A DNA stretch of 64,000 nt from an uncultured Oscillospiraceae bacterium (GTDB taxonomy: Bacteria > Bacillota > Clostridia > Christensenellales > CAG-138): assembly GCA_964447605.1 (NCBI GenBank), contig CAYUTA010000002.1:15146-79145 (forward strand), written 5' to 3'. The position numbers and the translations under genes were made by a program. Below are positions 18,729 through 29,080 of this stretch, one piece after another (the first letter of the stretch is position 1; each line of letters opens with the position of its first letter). The notes under the pieces are model-generated. The model was not told the origin of the DNA. It saw nothing but the letters and a program-made list of their open reading frames with translations, and made no database searches.

Positions 18729-19214
18729 TCACGATTCGAAGTTCCGTTTTAGCGCCGGACGGCGAATCGCTGAATGGAATTTTAAGTCGATCATCGTACA
18801 GGCTGCCGGCTGTGCCAGAGGCTCGACCGTCCGCTTTGGGATCCCGACGCCTTCAACGCCGCCAATCAAATCTTTCAACCCAAATACGGGGGCATACGGC
18901 CTTGTCGCCATCTGTGCCAGGGCTTTTTGTTTCTCCAAATCAGCGCGATCCGCTTTGGGACAGGACAGTCTGTCCTTTATCGTTCCGGTTCCCTGCCGAA
19001 TCACATTCAGAAGATTCCCGACGCTGCCGTTTATGCCGGGCTGTTGTGCTTTGAGAGAGGGACGGCGCCGGCTTACAACGGTCGGTTCATCGACCGGGAT
19101 ACCCTTCCCTTTTCCGGTTTCTTTCACGACTGAAAAATGACCTGTTCTGAATCTCTCCCAATCCGGCGCTTTCGCTTCATAATCTGCAAACACGCGGGCT
19201 TTTGCCGCCCCCAT
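18729..19214 (-). CDS. Hypothetical protein; possibly a fragment of a decayed gene
   Basis: 161-aa ORF with no family I recognise. Two short ORFs in other frames lie directly upstream (see findings). Confidence 0.3.
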   Translation of the reverse strand: MGAAKARVFADYEAKAPDWERFRTGHFSVVKETGKGKGIPVDEPTVVSRRRPSLKAQQPGINGSVGNLLNVIRQGTGTIKDRLSCPKADRADLEKQKALAQMATRPYAPVFGLKDLIGGVEGVGIPKRTVEPLAQPAACTMIDLKFHSAIRRPALKRNFES

Positions 19215-19472
19215 GCGTGCCGACAGCCTTTTTAAGCAGTCTCGGCAGCAGAACCGCCCGGCTCATTCAGCCGGCTTTGCAGCCGCTTTCCCCGGTTCCC
19301 CGGGCTCGTTCATGCTGCCTGCCATTTCGCCTCCAACCTTCTCAGGCGCCAATGGCCGAAAGGCTAAAATCGCATCCCGCTCGGTGCAGGCTCGCCGCCG
19401 CCAAAATCATTGGATGAACAGTGGGATTGAAATTTGCGATATGGTTATTAAAAAAATCTCGAATGGTATGCT

Positions 19473-19500
19473 TTACAAATATATAAGTATGATGTATATT
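19473..19500 (+). promoter_or_regulatory. Candidate promoter of the xdh/purine operon
   Basis: TTACAA, a 16-nt spacer, TATATT, within the only AT-rich stretch upstream of ATG 19554. Confidence 0.4.
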
Positions 19501-19553
19501 AATTAATATAATACCAATTGCAATTCTGTGTGAAAGGTGGAGACGGAGCGGAT

Positions 19554-21896
19554 ATGGGCATAGGAAAGTCCGTGATACGGCAGGACGCCATTGAAAAAGC
19601 AATGGGCGCCGCAAAATATACGGAAGATATTCTGCCCCGGGGCGCGCTGATGGCGGCTACGCTGCACGGCGCCATAGCAAACGGCAAAGTAAAGGCAATC
19701 GATGTTTCGCGTGCCAATCAACTGCCGGGGGTCGTTTATGTCGCCACCTGCTTTGATGTGCCGGATCGGCTTTACACAACGCCAGGGCATCCTTATTCGC
19801 TCGACCCAGCCCACCGTGACATTGCAGACAAGCGCATGCTGACCAGGGATGTGCGCTATTACGGCGATGATGTGGCGGTTGTTGTGGCGGAAGACGGACT
19901 GACGGCCAGGAAGGCCCTGTCGCTGATCACGGTTGAATACGAAGAAGGCCCGCCGCTGCTGAACGCGGAGGCGGCCAGGGCATCCGGCCCGCTCCATCCG
20001 GAATGCTTCGACACGAATGTTTTTGCAGGCCTTGATTATGCGGTAAAGGACGGACGGATTGCCGGTATTGGCTTTCCCGGCATAAAGCGGTATGCCGAGG
20101 AGATTCAGTCAGTCGCAACTCCAACGGACCTGGCCCTGGGCGTTACCTATCGCGTGCCGCAGGTTCATGCCTGCCATATCGAAAACATCACCTGCTTTGC
20201 CTATATGGAGGGCAAACGCATCATGGTGGTCACAGCCACGCAGGTGCCGCACATCATGCGGCGCATCGTGTCGGAGGCCATTTCATATCCGCTTGGGGAT
20301 ATTCGTGTCATCAAACCCTATGTGGGCGGCGCTTTCGGAAACAAGCAGGATGTATACTACGAGCCGCTCGCGGCCTGGCTGACGCAAAAGCTCGGCGGCC
20401 GTTGCGTGGCGTTCCTATTGTCCCGGGAGGAAACGTTTGTCAACAGCCGGACCCGCCATGGGATGCAGATGGACCTGAGCGCCGTCTATGGCGACAACCG
20501 CTTTAAGCTGAGAAGGGCGAACCTGATCTGTGACCAGGGCGCCCATGCCGCCCACGGCCATGCGGTCGCCGCAAATGCAATTATAAATTTTGATTATCTG
20601 TATGAAAGCGACCGCTGTATCGGCGAGTCCTGCTCCGTCTATATGAATAAACCCAGCGGCGGCGCTCTGCGCGGCTACGGCATTCCGCAGATCAACTTTG
20701 CCATGGAAGCGTTTATGGATGAGTTGGCGGCAAAGCTTGGCCGCGACCCGCTGGAACTAAGGCGCGCGCATATGACAAAGCCGGGCTTTGTGGACCCCTT
20801 CAACGGGATCGCGGCATTGAGCAACGGCCTGGAGGCCTGTGTCGTCCGCGGCATGGAATTGACGGATTATGAAAACACCCGCGCGCGCTACGGGCAGGCA
20901 AACGCAGCGTCGAAGAACATCCGCCGGGGTATCGGCATGGCCATATACATCTATACCACCAGCCTTGGCAGGATTGCACTGGAAACCTCATCCGCACGTA
21001 TCGTGCTGAACCAAAACGGCAGCGTTCAGCTTCAGGTGGGAGCCACCGAACTTGGACAGGGCTCAGACACCGCTTTTGCGCAGATGGCCTCCGAAGTGCT
21101 CAAAATTCCGGAAGATAAGATACATGTGGTATCCAACCAGGATACGGATGTGTGCCCTTATGACCCCGGCGCCTTTGCGTCCAGGCAGACGTTTGTTGCC
21201 GGCAGCGCGGTCAAGCAGACGGCAGAGCAGCTCAAAACGCGGGTTCTGGAGGTTGCGGCGCGGCTCGCCGGCCTGCCTGCGGACACGATGGACCTGTCCG
21301 AGACGGGTGTGGTTGCAAAGGGCGACGGCAAAGCGCTCTATACGCTGGAAGAGATCGCGCTTCATTCCCTGTACGATATAAAGAACAGCCGGCATCTCAC
21401 GGCCGAATCCACCTGCTGTATGAAGGAGAACGCATTTTCCTTTGGCGCGTGCTTTGCCGACGTATCAGTGGATGTGCCGGTGGGCAAAGCAACGGTCAAC
21501 AAGCTTGCCATTGTGCTTGACAGCGGAAGAATTATCAACCCGGCATTGGCAAAGGCACAGGTTCATGGCGGCGTATCCATGGGGCTTGGATACGCGCTGA
21601 TGGAGCAGATGCTGTTTGATCCGAAGACCGGAAAGATGCGCAACGACAATCTGCTGGATTACAAGATTCCGACGGCCATGGATATGCCGGAGATCGTCGT
21701 GGATTTTGTGGAGACAGAGGAGCCTGAGGCGCCGTTCGGAAACAAATCTCTGGGCGAGCCGCCGGTGATTCCAACGGCTCCCGCCATCCGCAACGCGATT
21801 CTGCATGCAACAGGCGTCGCCATGCGCGAGCTGCCAATGACCCCCCAGCGCTTGGTGGAAGCATTTACAAAAGCCGGGCTTGTTGAGGAGGGCTGA
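19554..21896 (+). CDS. xdhA: Xanthine dehydrogenase-family molybdopterin-binding large subunit
   Basis: Aldehyde oxidase/XDH a/b hammerhead region and MoCo-domain blocks (GGAFGNK, GIPQINFAMEAFMDE, GEPPVIPTAPAIRNA). ATG 19554 follows RBS AAAGGTGGAG. Confidence 0.88.
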   Translation: MGIGKSVIRQDAIEKAMGAAKYTEDILPRGALMAATLHGAIANGKVKAIDVSRANQLPGVVYVATCFDVPDRLYTTPGHPYSLDPAHRDIADKRMLTRDVRYYGDDVAVVVAEDGLTARKALSLITVEYEEGPPLLNAEAARASGPLHPECFDTNVFAGLDYAVKDGRIAGIGFPGIKRYAEEIQSVATPTDLALGVTYRVPQVHACHIENITCFAYMEGKRIMVVTATQVPHIMRRIVSEAISYPLGDIRVIKPYVGGAFGNKQDVYYEPLAAWLTQKLGGRCVAFLLSREETFVNSRTRHGMQMDLSAVYGDNRFKLRRANLICDQGAHAAHGHAVAANAIINFDYLYESDRCIGESCSVYMNKPSGGALRGYGIPQINFAMEAFMDELAAKLGRDPLELRRAHMTKPGFVDPFNGIAALSNGLEACVVRGMELTDYENTRARYGQANAASKNIRRGIGMAIYIYTTSLGRIALETSSARIVLNQNGSVQLQVGATELGQGSDTAFAQMASEVLKIPEDKIHVVSNQDTDVCPYDPGAFASRQTFVAGSAVKQTAEQLKTRVLEVAARLAGLPADTMDLSETGVVAKGDGKALYTLEEIALHSLYDIKNSRHLTAESTCCMKENAFSFGACFADVSVDVPVGKATVNKLAIVLDSGRIINPALAKAQVHGGVSMGLGYALMEQMLFDPKTGKMRNDNLLDYKIPTAMDMPEIVVDFVETEEPEAPFGNKSLGEPPVIPTAPAIRNAILHATGVAMRELPMTPQRLVEAFTKAGLVEEG

Positions 21897-21899
21897 GCA

Positions 21900-22784
21900 A
21901 TGTTTGATCTTGTCGGCACATATAGAGCGTCCAGCCTTCAGGATGCATTGGCCCTGCTTTCTGTATCGCCGGAAACCATCCCGGTTGCGGGAGGCACGGA
22001 TGTGATGATCAAGCTGCGCAACGGCGCGCTCGCCGGAAGCAGCCTGGTCGGCATCGGACATATCAAAGAGCTAAGGGGAATTCATCTCGATGACAGCGCC
22101 CTCGTTATTGGCGCGGGGGAACGGTTCAGCGATATTTCGGCCTCACCGCTGGTGCTTGAAAAAGCCCCTGCCCTTGCCTGGGCGGCTTCTCAGGTGGGCG
22201 GGCATGAAATCCGCAACGTTGCCACCATCGGCGGCAACATCTGCAACGGCGCTGTCAGCGCGGACAGCGCGGCGCCCCTTCTGGTTTACGAAGCTTCGCT
22301 GGTGCTGGCCTCAGCGGAAGGAACGCGGCAAGTACCGGTCGCCTCGTTTTACCAGGGCCCCGGAAAAACGGTGCGAAAAGGCAATGAGCTTGCGCTGCGC
22401 TTTGAGATTCCCCGGGAAAACACGATGGATACCGGTTCCAGCTATATCAAGTTCGGCCAGCGGAACGCCATGGAGATCGCAACCCTTGGATGTGCGGCCC
22501 TGGTGCGTTTGACAAAGGACAAGCGAGCCATCGACATGCTGCATCTTGCCTTTACGGTTGCGGGGCCGGTGCCCGTCCGGTGCCGGGAGACGGAGCGGAG
22601 GGCAAAGGGGTTGCCGGTCAAAGAAGAGACGCTGAAAACAATTTCCAGCCTGGCGCCTGAGGAGCTGACGCCGCGTGACAGCTGGCGTGCTTCAAAGGCG
22701 TTTCGGCTGCAGCTGGCAAGGGAACTGGCAGGCAGGGCGACAGAGGGCGCGATCATTGCGGCAGGAGGAACGCTTTATGCTTAA
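21900..22784 (+). CDS. xdhB: XDH-family FAD-binding subunit
   Basis: 294 aa. PVAGGTDVMIKLR and ATIGGNICNG are typical of the CO dehydrogenase flavoprotein / XdhB family. Confidence 0.85.
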   Translation: MFDLVGTYRASSLQDALALLSVSPETIPVAGGTDVMIKLRNGALAGSSLVGIGHIKELRGIHLDDSALVIGAGERFSDISASPLVLEKAPALAWAASQVGGHEIRNVATIGGNICNGAVSADSAAPLLVYEASLVLASAEGTRQVPVASFYQGPGKTVRKGNELALRFEIPRENTMDTGSSYIKFGQRNAMEIATLGCAALVRLTKDKRAIDMLHLAFTVAGPVPVRCRETERRAKGLPVKEETLKTISSLAPEELTPRDSWRASKAFRLQLARELAGRATEGAIIAAGGTLYA

Positions 22785-23247
22785 ATGTATCAAACTGACG
22801 GTGAACGGCCGGGAAAGAGAGCTGGCCGTAGATGAACGGGAGTCCTTAACGGATATGCTGCGAAACCGTCTGGGGCTTACAAGCGTAAAGAAGGGCTGTG
22901 AGGCCGGCGAATGCGGCGCATGCACAGTGCTCATGGACGGACGGGCGGTTAACAGCTGTATTCAGCTTGCGGTTTGGGCGGACGGGCACGAGATCCGCAC
23001 CGTGGAAAGCCTGGGTCAATGCGGTAAACTGCATCCGCTCCAGCAGGCATTTGTAGAGCAGGCGGCAATTCAGTGCGGCTTTTGTACGCCGGGCGTGATT
23101 ATGGCCGGGATGGAGTTGGTGGAATCCGGAAAGCGCTATACCCGGGAAGAGGTCAAAAAGCACATCGAAGGGCATCTGTGCCGGTGCACCGGCTATGAGA
23201 ACATCATCGCGGCTATCCTGTCGGTGGTTGGGAAGGAAAACGGGTAA
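22777..23247 (+). CDS. xdhC: XDH-family [2Fe-2S] subunit
   Basis: KKGCEAGECGACTV and QCGFCTPG...CRCTGY cluster motifs. ATG 22777 overlaps the xdhB end by 8 nt and follows RBS GCAGGAGGA. Confidence 0.9.
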   Translation: MLKCIKLTVNGRERELAVDERESLTDMLRNRLGLTSVKKGCEAGECGACTVLMDGRAVNSCIQLAVWADGHEIRTVESLGQCGKLHPLQQAFVEQAAIQCGFCTPGVIMAGMELVESGKRYTREEVKKHIEGHLCRCTGYENIIAAILSVVGKENG

Positions 23248-23262
23248 TGGAGGAGCAGACGT

Positions 23263-24003
23263 ATGGAAAATAAGCCTGGCCCGGCTGCTTTGCGCACAAA
23301 GCTTTTGTACGAAATGAAGGAAGGCATCTATCGGAATGAAAAGCGTCTGCCGCCCGAGGCAATGCTGGCCGAAACCCTCGGCGTCAGCCGGACGTTAATT
23401 CGCGATGTGCTGGGAACCCTGGAACGCGAAGGCTATATCAGTCGCCGTCAGGGTATTGGAACCATTATCAACCGGCACGTTTTCGACGTTCCGCTGAGAA
23501 TGGATTTTGAGATCGAATTTGCCGACCGCGTTCGGGCCATGGGATACGAGCCGGAAACCATTCTGACAGATGTCTCAACGGTACTTTCCGATAAACGCAT
23601 GGCCGAAAAATTAGGGGTTGCCCTCAGCTCGCCGGTGTTCCGGGTATGCAAGCTTGTAAAGGCAAGCGGGAGAAGCGCCATCTACTGCATGGATCACATC
23701 TCGTTTCAGACAATCTGCGATTACGGCTATCAGCGGCAGGAGCTGGAGGCGCCGATCTTTGAGTTTCTCCGCCGGTACTGTAACACGGATGTCCATCTTG
23801 ATCTGACGGAGGTCAACGCGGTGGTTGCAGATGAAGCCCTGGCGTCAATTATGGAGATACCGGTAGGCGCGCCGCTATTGAACATGGACGAGCTGTTTTA
23901 TAACATCGAAGGGCAGCCGATCATGTGGTCTTTAGAATACTATACGCCCAATGTGATGAAATACACGGTTTTGCGCAAGCGTCCGTCCCAGTTTGACCTT
24001 TGA
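23263..24003 (+). CDS. GntR-family transcriptional regulator (HutC/UTRA type)
   Basis: The N-terminal LPPEAMLAETLGVSRTLIRDVLGTLEREGYISRRQGIGT is a winged HTH. The C-terminal domain is UTRA-like. Confidence 0.88.
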   Translation: MENKPGPAALRTKLLYEMKEGIYRNEKRLPPEAMLAETLGVSRTLIRDVLGTLEREGYISRRQGIGTIINRHVFDVPLRMDFEIEFADRVRAMGYEPETILTDVSTVLSDKRMAEKLGVALSSPVFRVCKLVKASGRSAIYCMDHISFQTICDYGYQRQELEAPIFEFLRRYCNTDVHLDLTEVNAVVADEALASIMEIPVGAPLLNMDELFYNIEGQPIMWSLEYYTPNVMKYTVLRKRPSQFDL

Positions 24004-24040
24004 GTATGAATAAGTTCGAAAGAAAGGCTGCAGGTTTGCT

Positions 24041-25426
24041 ATGAAGACACTGATTCGGGGTGCAAAAGCCATTGTCACCTGTGATGCGCACGACGCCGTG
24101 CTGCGGGATGCGGATATCCTCATCAACGGCAATGTGATTGAAGCCGTCGGCAAAAATCTTTCCGCAGACGGAGCAAGGGTCATTGACGGCCGGGATAAGT
24201 TTGTTTATCCGGGCCTGGTAAACACGCATCATCATTTTTTTCAGACCTTTGTCCGCAATTTAAAAACCGTGGATTATCCCAACCTGGAAGTGGTGGACTG
24301 GCTGCGGGAAATCTATGTCATATTTCAAAAAATCAATGCGGACGTCGTATACTATTCCTCCATCACCGCCATGGGCGATCTGATTAAGCACGGCTGCACC
24401 ACTGCATTTGATCATCATTATTGCTTTACGCATGCGTCTGGCCCGGCGACCATTGATCAGCAGATGGAAGCGGCGGAGCTGATGGGCATCCGTTTTGTCG
24501 CCGGCCGCGGCGCCAATACACTGCCCGAGCGCGAGGGCAGCACCATTCCGGAGGAAATGCTGGAAACCACCGATGGGTTCCTGCAGGACTGCGAACGCAT
24601 CATCGGGCGTTATCATGATGCGTCTCCCTTTTCCATGCGGCAGGTTGTGGTAGCCCCCTGCCAGCCCGTGAACTGCTATAAGGAAACCTTTATTGAAGCC
24701 CTCGCCTTTGCTCGCTCAAAGGGCGTCCGGCTGCACACCCATATGGGCGAGGGGGAAAATGCAGCCATGCAGGCCCGGTGGGGCAGGCGCACGCTGGATT
24801 GGCTCGAAAACATCGGTTTTGTGGGGGATGATATCTGGGTTGCGCATGCCTGGGAGATTCCGCCGGAAGAATACCGCCGCATGGGGCGTTATGGCATGGG
24901 CGTTTCACACTGCCCCGGGCCTGCTATTCTGGGCGGCTTCATGCCGCTGAATATCCCGGACATGCAGGCAAACGGCGTGGTGGTGAGCCTTGGCTGCGAC
25001 GGATCGGCAACCAACGACTCCTCCAACCCGCTGGATTCGTTGAGAATGGCATATCTTATGCAGGCGTCGCAGAGCAAAGCGCGCGGCGGAAGTATGCTGC
25101 CCTACGATATCCTGAAAATTGCAACCGCGGGCGGAGCAAAGACGCTTGGGCGGGCGGAAATCGGCTCCCTTGAAGTCGGCAAGGCCGCGGACTTGTTTCT
25201 GGTGGATACGAGCGTGTTTGAATTCACCGGCACGCTGCATGATCCAAAAAATGTTCTGGCCCGTACCGGCATCACCGGGCCCGTGTGGCTCACCATGATC
25301 AACGGTCAGGTGGTGTATGAAAACGGCGCGCTGACCCGGGTGGATGAGAAAAAACTTGCCCGCGAAGCAGAAGCCGTATGCGAGCGTGTACTGAGAAACA
25401 CCTGCCGGGCGTTTCAGAATCTTTAA
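24041..25426 (+). CDS. Amidohydrolase-superfamily deaminase/chlorohydrolase (guanine / 8-oxoguanine deaminase-like)
   Basis: PGLVNTHHHFFQ metal motif, HTHMGEG, SLGCDGSATND. Confidence 0.85.
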   Translation: MKTLIRGAKAIVTCDAHDAVLRDADILINGNVIEAVGKNLSADGARVIDGRDKFVYPGLVNTHHHFFQTFVRNLKTVDYPNLEVVDWLREIYVIFQKINADVVYYSSITAMGDLIKHGCTTAFDHHYCFTHASGPATIDQQMEAAELMGIRFVAGRGANTLPEREGSTIPEEMLETTDGFLQDCERIIGRYHDASPFSMRQVVVAPCQPVNCYKETFIEALAFARSKGVRLHTHMGEGENAAMQARWGRRTLDWLENIGFVGDDIWVAHAWEIPPEEYRRMGRYGMGVSHCPGPAILGGFMPLNIPDMQANGVVVSLGCDGSATNDSSNPLDSLRMAYLMQASQSKARGGSMLPYDILKIATAGGAKTLGRAEIGSLEVGKAADLFLVDTSVFEFTGTLHDPKNVLARTGITGPVWLTMINGQVVYENGALTRVDEKKLAREAEAVCERVLRNTCRAFQNL

Positions 25427-25442
25427 GCCTGAAAGAGGAGGA

Positions 25443-26972
25443 ATGATGGCAACACCGATTTTGAAAATGCGGGGCATTACAAAGCGCTTTCCCGGTGTGC
25501 TTGCAAACGATAAGGTGGACCTGACCCTGTATCCCGGCGAAATCCATGCGTTGCTGGGGGAGAATGGCGCGGGTAAAAGTACTTTGATGAACGTGCTCAC
25601 CGGCATATACTATCCAAACGAGGGCAAGATTTACTATAAGGGCGAGCTTGTGAAGGTCCACAGCACCAAAGCGGCGGCAGAGCTTGGCATTGGCATGGTA
25701 CACCAGCACTTTAAGCTCATCGACACGCTCAGCGTAGCGGAGAATGTCTTCCTCGTATCCAAGCGCTGCCGTTTCCTGCTGAAAAAGGAAAAGATCAACC
25801 GACAGGTGGAGCGCTGCGCAAAGGAGTACAACCTGAACCTGGATCCGTCCGCAAGGGTATGGCAGCTTTCCATCGGCGAGCAGCAGAGGGTGGAGATCGT
25901 CAAGCTGCTGTTTTGCAGGGCGGAGATCCTGATTCTGGATGAACCGACCGCCGTGCTGACGCCACAGGAATCAAAGGATTTGTTTACTGCTCTGAGACGC
26001 ATGGCGGACAGCGGAAAAACGGTCATGTTCATCACCCACAAGATGAACGAGGTGATGCGCTATGCAGACCGCATCACCGTGTTGCGGGACGGCAGGTCCA
26101 TTGCCAGCATGCTGCGGGCCGAGACCAGCGCGGAGGATCTTACAACCAGAATGGTTGGAAGGCCGCTTTCGCCTGCCGCGGGGAAAACTGAGAAGACCGG
26201 CGGCGGCAAGATCGCCCTTTCCCTCGAAAACGTCTGCGCCAAAGGCGATAAGGGCGTCAATGCTCTGACAAACGTAACGCTGCACATCAACAGCGGAGAG
26301 ATTTTAGGCGTTGCGGGCGTTGCCGGCAACGGTCAAAGAGAGTTGGCAGAGGTGATTACAGGCCTTCGTCCGGCGACGTCCGGGGTCATCCGAATGGGCG
26401 CGGGGGAGATCACAAACCGTACGCCGAAACAAATACTGCGCACAGGTGTGGCAAGCATCCCGGAGGACCGCATCGGCACGGGTCTTGTTTCCTCCATGAA
26501 TCTGTATGAAAACGCGATATTGCGCGATTACGATCAACCGCCCTGCAGTCAGATGGGGCTGCTCAATTATACGGCGATCAAGCGGCGCGCGGAGACGTTC
26601 GCAGCAAAGCACCGGATCAAAAATGCCGGCCTGACAAAGCCGGTTGGCCTGATGTCCGGCGGAAATCTGCAAAAGCTGCTTATCGCCCGGGAGATTAATG
26701 GCGAACCCGGCGTCATCATTGCGGCGTATCCGGTCCATGGGCTGGATATCGGGGCAACGGCGGCCATTCACGATATTTTGATTGCCCAGCGAAACCGGGG
26801 CGCCGCCATCCTGTTGATCTCTGAGGATCTGGATGAATTATTCGAGCTTTCGGATCGTATTACGGCGCTCAATGAAGGCAGGATAATGGGCGTTTATGAT
26901 GTTGCAGAGGCGGATTATGAAAAAATCGGTCGGATGATGCTGGGCACGGCCAGATCGGAGGTTACGGTATGA
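25443..26972 (+). CDS. ABC transporter ATP-binding protein with duplicated ATPase domains (BMP/nucleoside-type uptake system)
   Basis: GENGAGKST Walker A, LSIGEQQRVEI signature, ILILDEPT Walker B. The second domain has GVAGNGQ and MSGGNLQK. Confidence 0.9.
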   Translation: MMATPILKMRGITKRFPGVLANDKVDLTLYPGEIHALLGENGAGKSTLMNVLTGIYYPNEGKIYYKGELVKVHSTKAAAELGIGMVHQHFKLIDTLSVAENVFLVSKRCRFLLKKEKINRQVERCAKEYNLNLDPSARVWQLSIGEQQRVEIVKLLFCRAEILILDEPTAVLTPQESKDLFTALRRMADSGKTVMFITHKMNEVMRYADRITVLRDGRSIASMLRAETSAEDLTTRMVGRPLSPAAGKTEKTGGGKIALSLENVCAKGDKGVNALTNVTLHINSGEILGVAGVAGNGQRELAEVITGLRPATSGVIRMGAGEITNRTPKQILRTGVASIPEDRIGTGLVSSMNLYENAILRDYDQPPCSQMGLLNYTAIKRRAETFAAKHRIKNAGLTKPVGLMSGGNLQKLLIAREINGEPGVIIAAYPVHGLDIGATAAIHDILIAQRNRGAAILLISEDLDELFELSDRITALNEGRIMGVYDVAEADYEKIGRMMLGTARSEVTV

Positions 26973-28072
26973 TGGGACGAATCGCCATCCGGTTTGAAAA
27001 GCGGGAGCGGCTTGCGCCCTGGATGCGGGCGGCTGTGCCGGTGATTTGCGTACTGCTGGCTCTTATATGCTGTGCGGCAATCATCGCCATTCAGGGCTTT
27101 GATCCCGTCAAGGTATATATCAGACTGTTGCAAGGCGGATTCGGCTCCGGTTCCAGGATCTCGGAAAGCGTACTGCAGGGAATCCCCCTCATGCTTTGCG
27201 GCCTTGGCGTTGCGATGGCGCTTAAGATGTCCGTCAATAACATCGGCGCCGAGGGACAGTTTGCCATCGGAGCGTTTTGTGCAACCGGTATCGTTCTGTT
27301 TTGCCCGGGCATACCCAGCCGGCTTGTGCTGCCCTTGGGTATGCTTGCCGGCTTTGCCGGAGGCGCTGTCTGGGCAATGCTCGCCGTTGCGCCGCGGGCG
27401 TTTCTTGGAGTGAACGAAACCATTGTAACGCTGATGTTCAACTACGTGGCCCTGTATTTTGTAGATTACTGGTGCTATGGACCCTGGCGGGACTCCGCCG
27501 GATCCAATATGCCTTACACGGCTGTGTTTCCAGAGCATGCAAAGCTTTCCACGCTGTTTGGCACCCGGGTTCATACCGGGCTGATCATGGCGATGACAGC
27601 CGCGGTGCTCATCTATCTGTTTTATCAGAAGACTGCCAGAGGCTATCAGATGCGGGTTATCGGCGCGAATGCGCGTGCGGCCCGGTATGCCGGCATGAAC
27701 ATTATCTCAAACATTTTGCTGGTTATGCTCATGTCCGGCGGGCTGGCCGGGCTGGCAGGCTCAACTTATGTGACGGGCGTGGTATATCGCCTGCAGCCGA
27801 ACCTGCCAAACGGCGCGGGTTACACCGCCATCATCATTGCGTACCTGGCAAAGTTCAATCCCTTCATCGTGCTGCTCATCGCAGTATTGTTCGGAGGGCT
27901 GACCCAGGGCGGATACAGCATGCAGATTATCGGCGTATCCCCGCGCGTGGTTACAATGATGCAGGGCGCAATCCTCTTTTTTGTGCTGGGCGGCGAAATA
28001 TTTCTGCGCAACCGCCTGGTGATCAAACGAACAGGGACGGAGGTATCCGGCGAAGCGCCGGAGCAAGCTTGA
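26969..28072 (+). CDS. ABC transporter permease
   Basis: 367-aa polytopic membrane protein. Its ATG overlaps the upstream stop. Resembles a branched-type sugar/nucleoside permease. Confidence 0.85.
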   Translation: MMGRIAIRFEKRERLAPWMRAAVPVICVLLALICCAAIIAIQGFDPVKVYIRLLQGGFGSGSRISESVLQGIPLMLCGLGVAMALKMSVNNIGAEGQFAIGAFCATGIVLFCPGIPSRLVLPLGMLAGFAGGAVWAMLAVAPRAFLGVNETIVTLMFNYVALYFVDYWCYGPWRDSAGSNMPYTAVFPEHAKLSTLFGTRVHTGLIMAMTAAVLIYLFYQKTARGYQMRVIGANARAARYAGMNIISNILLVMLMSGGLAGLAGSTYVTGVVYRLQPNLPNGAGYTAIIIAYLAKFNPFIVLLIAVLFGGLTQGGYSMQIIGVSPRVVTMMQGAILFFVLGGEIFLRNRLVIKRTGTEVSGEAPEQA

Positions 28073-28075
28073 CAG

Positions 28076-29002
28076 ATGGACGTTTTGATTTCGATACTGA
28101 GCGCAGCCATTACTTCCTCCGGCGCGGTTATGTACGCCGCCATCGGCGAGATCATCTCCGAGCGCAGCGGCGTGATCAATCTCGGCCTTGAGGGTGTTAT
28201 GCTTATGGGCGCTGTTGCCGGATATGTAACGGTGGTCAAAACCGGCTCACTGGCCCTTGGCGTGCTGGCAGCGGTCGGCGCCGGCGCGCTGCTCGGACTG
28301 TTTTATGCAATCGTTTCCATTACGCTTCAGGCAAACCAAATCGTATCCGGCCTTGCCATGGTAATATTGGGAACCGGCATGTCCGGGTTTATCGGCAAGG
28401 ATTATGCGGGCATTGTTTCAGGCGTTTCCTTTTCGAAGGCCCCCATTCCGCTGCTTTCCAGGATTCCCGTAATCGGGAGCGTGCTGTTCAATCAGAACAT
28501 CTTGATTTACGCGCTGTACCTGCTTGTGCCGCTGATGATGGTTTATATCTATAAGACGCGGCCGGGACTGCGGCTGCGTGCGCTTGGAGAAAATCCTTCG
28601 GTGCTGGACGCGGCCGGCTACCAAATATATCTGGCCCGGTATGCATATGTCATCGCGGGCAGCGCAATCGTGGCGCTGGGCGGGGCATATGTAACGCTGT
28701 GCTATACCCCTTCCTGGTATGATCAAATCACGGCGGGCGCAGGATGGATTGCCGCGGCGCTTGTCATTTTTTCCGGCTGGAACCCGTTGTACGCGTTTCT
28801 CGGCGCCATGCTGTTTGGCGGCGTGTCTGCCGTAGGCCTCAGGCTGCAGTTGATGGGGGTCGAGATATCCAGCTTCTTCATCAGTATGCTGCCTTATCTT
28901 TGTACGGTGGTCGTTCTGATCCTTTCCACCGGCAGCTTCCGCGCAAAACGGTCTGCAGCGCCGGCAATGCTCGGGAAGTATTATGATCGTGAGTCCCGCT
29001 AG
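28076..29002 (+). CDS. ABC transporter permease
   Basis: 308-aa polytopic membrane protein, directly following the first permease. Confidence 0.85.
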   Translation: MDVLISILSAAITSSGAVMYAAIGEIISERSGVINLGLEGVMLMGAVAGYVTVVKTGSLALGVLAAVGAGALLGLFYAIVSITLQANQIVSGLAMVILGTGMSGFIGKDYAGIVSGVSFSKAPIPLLSRIPVIGSVLFNQNILIYALYLLVPLMMVYIYKTRPGLRLRALGENPSVLDAAGYQIYLARYAYVIAGSAIVALGGAYVTLCYTPSWYDQITAGAGWIAAALVIFSGWNPLYAFLGAMLFGGVSAVGLRLQLMGVEISSFFISMLPYLCTVVVLILSTGSFRAKRSAAPAMLGKYYDRESR

Positions 29003-29080
29003 CGGCCGCTGTTCTTTGGCGCGGCAACGATTGGTGCAGGGAATTTTCCCTTTGTCAAAAATAAATAAAGGAGAGTAAGT

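Noticed and set aside
19215-19553. Looked for a purine/xanthine riboswitch ahead of the xdh operon
   Set aside because: The leader from the candidate promoter to the ATG is only about 45 nt. The upstream region lacks the conserved purine-aptamer strings (…UAUAAU…GGAUAUGG…GUUUCUACC…CCGUAAAUGUCC…GACUAUG, recalled from memory).
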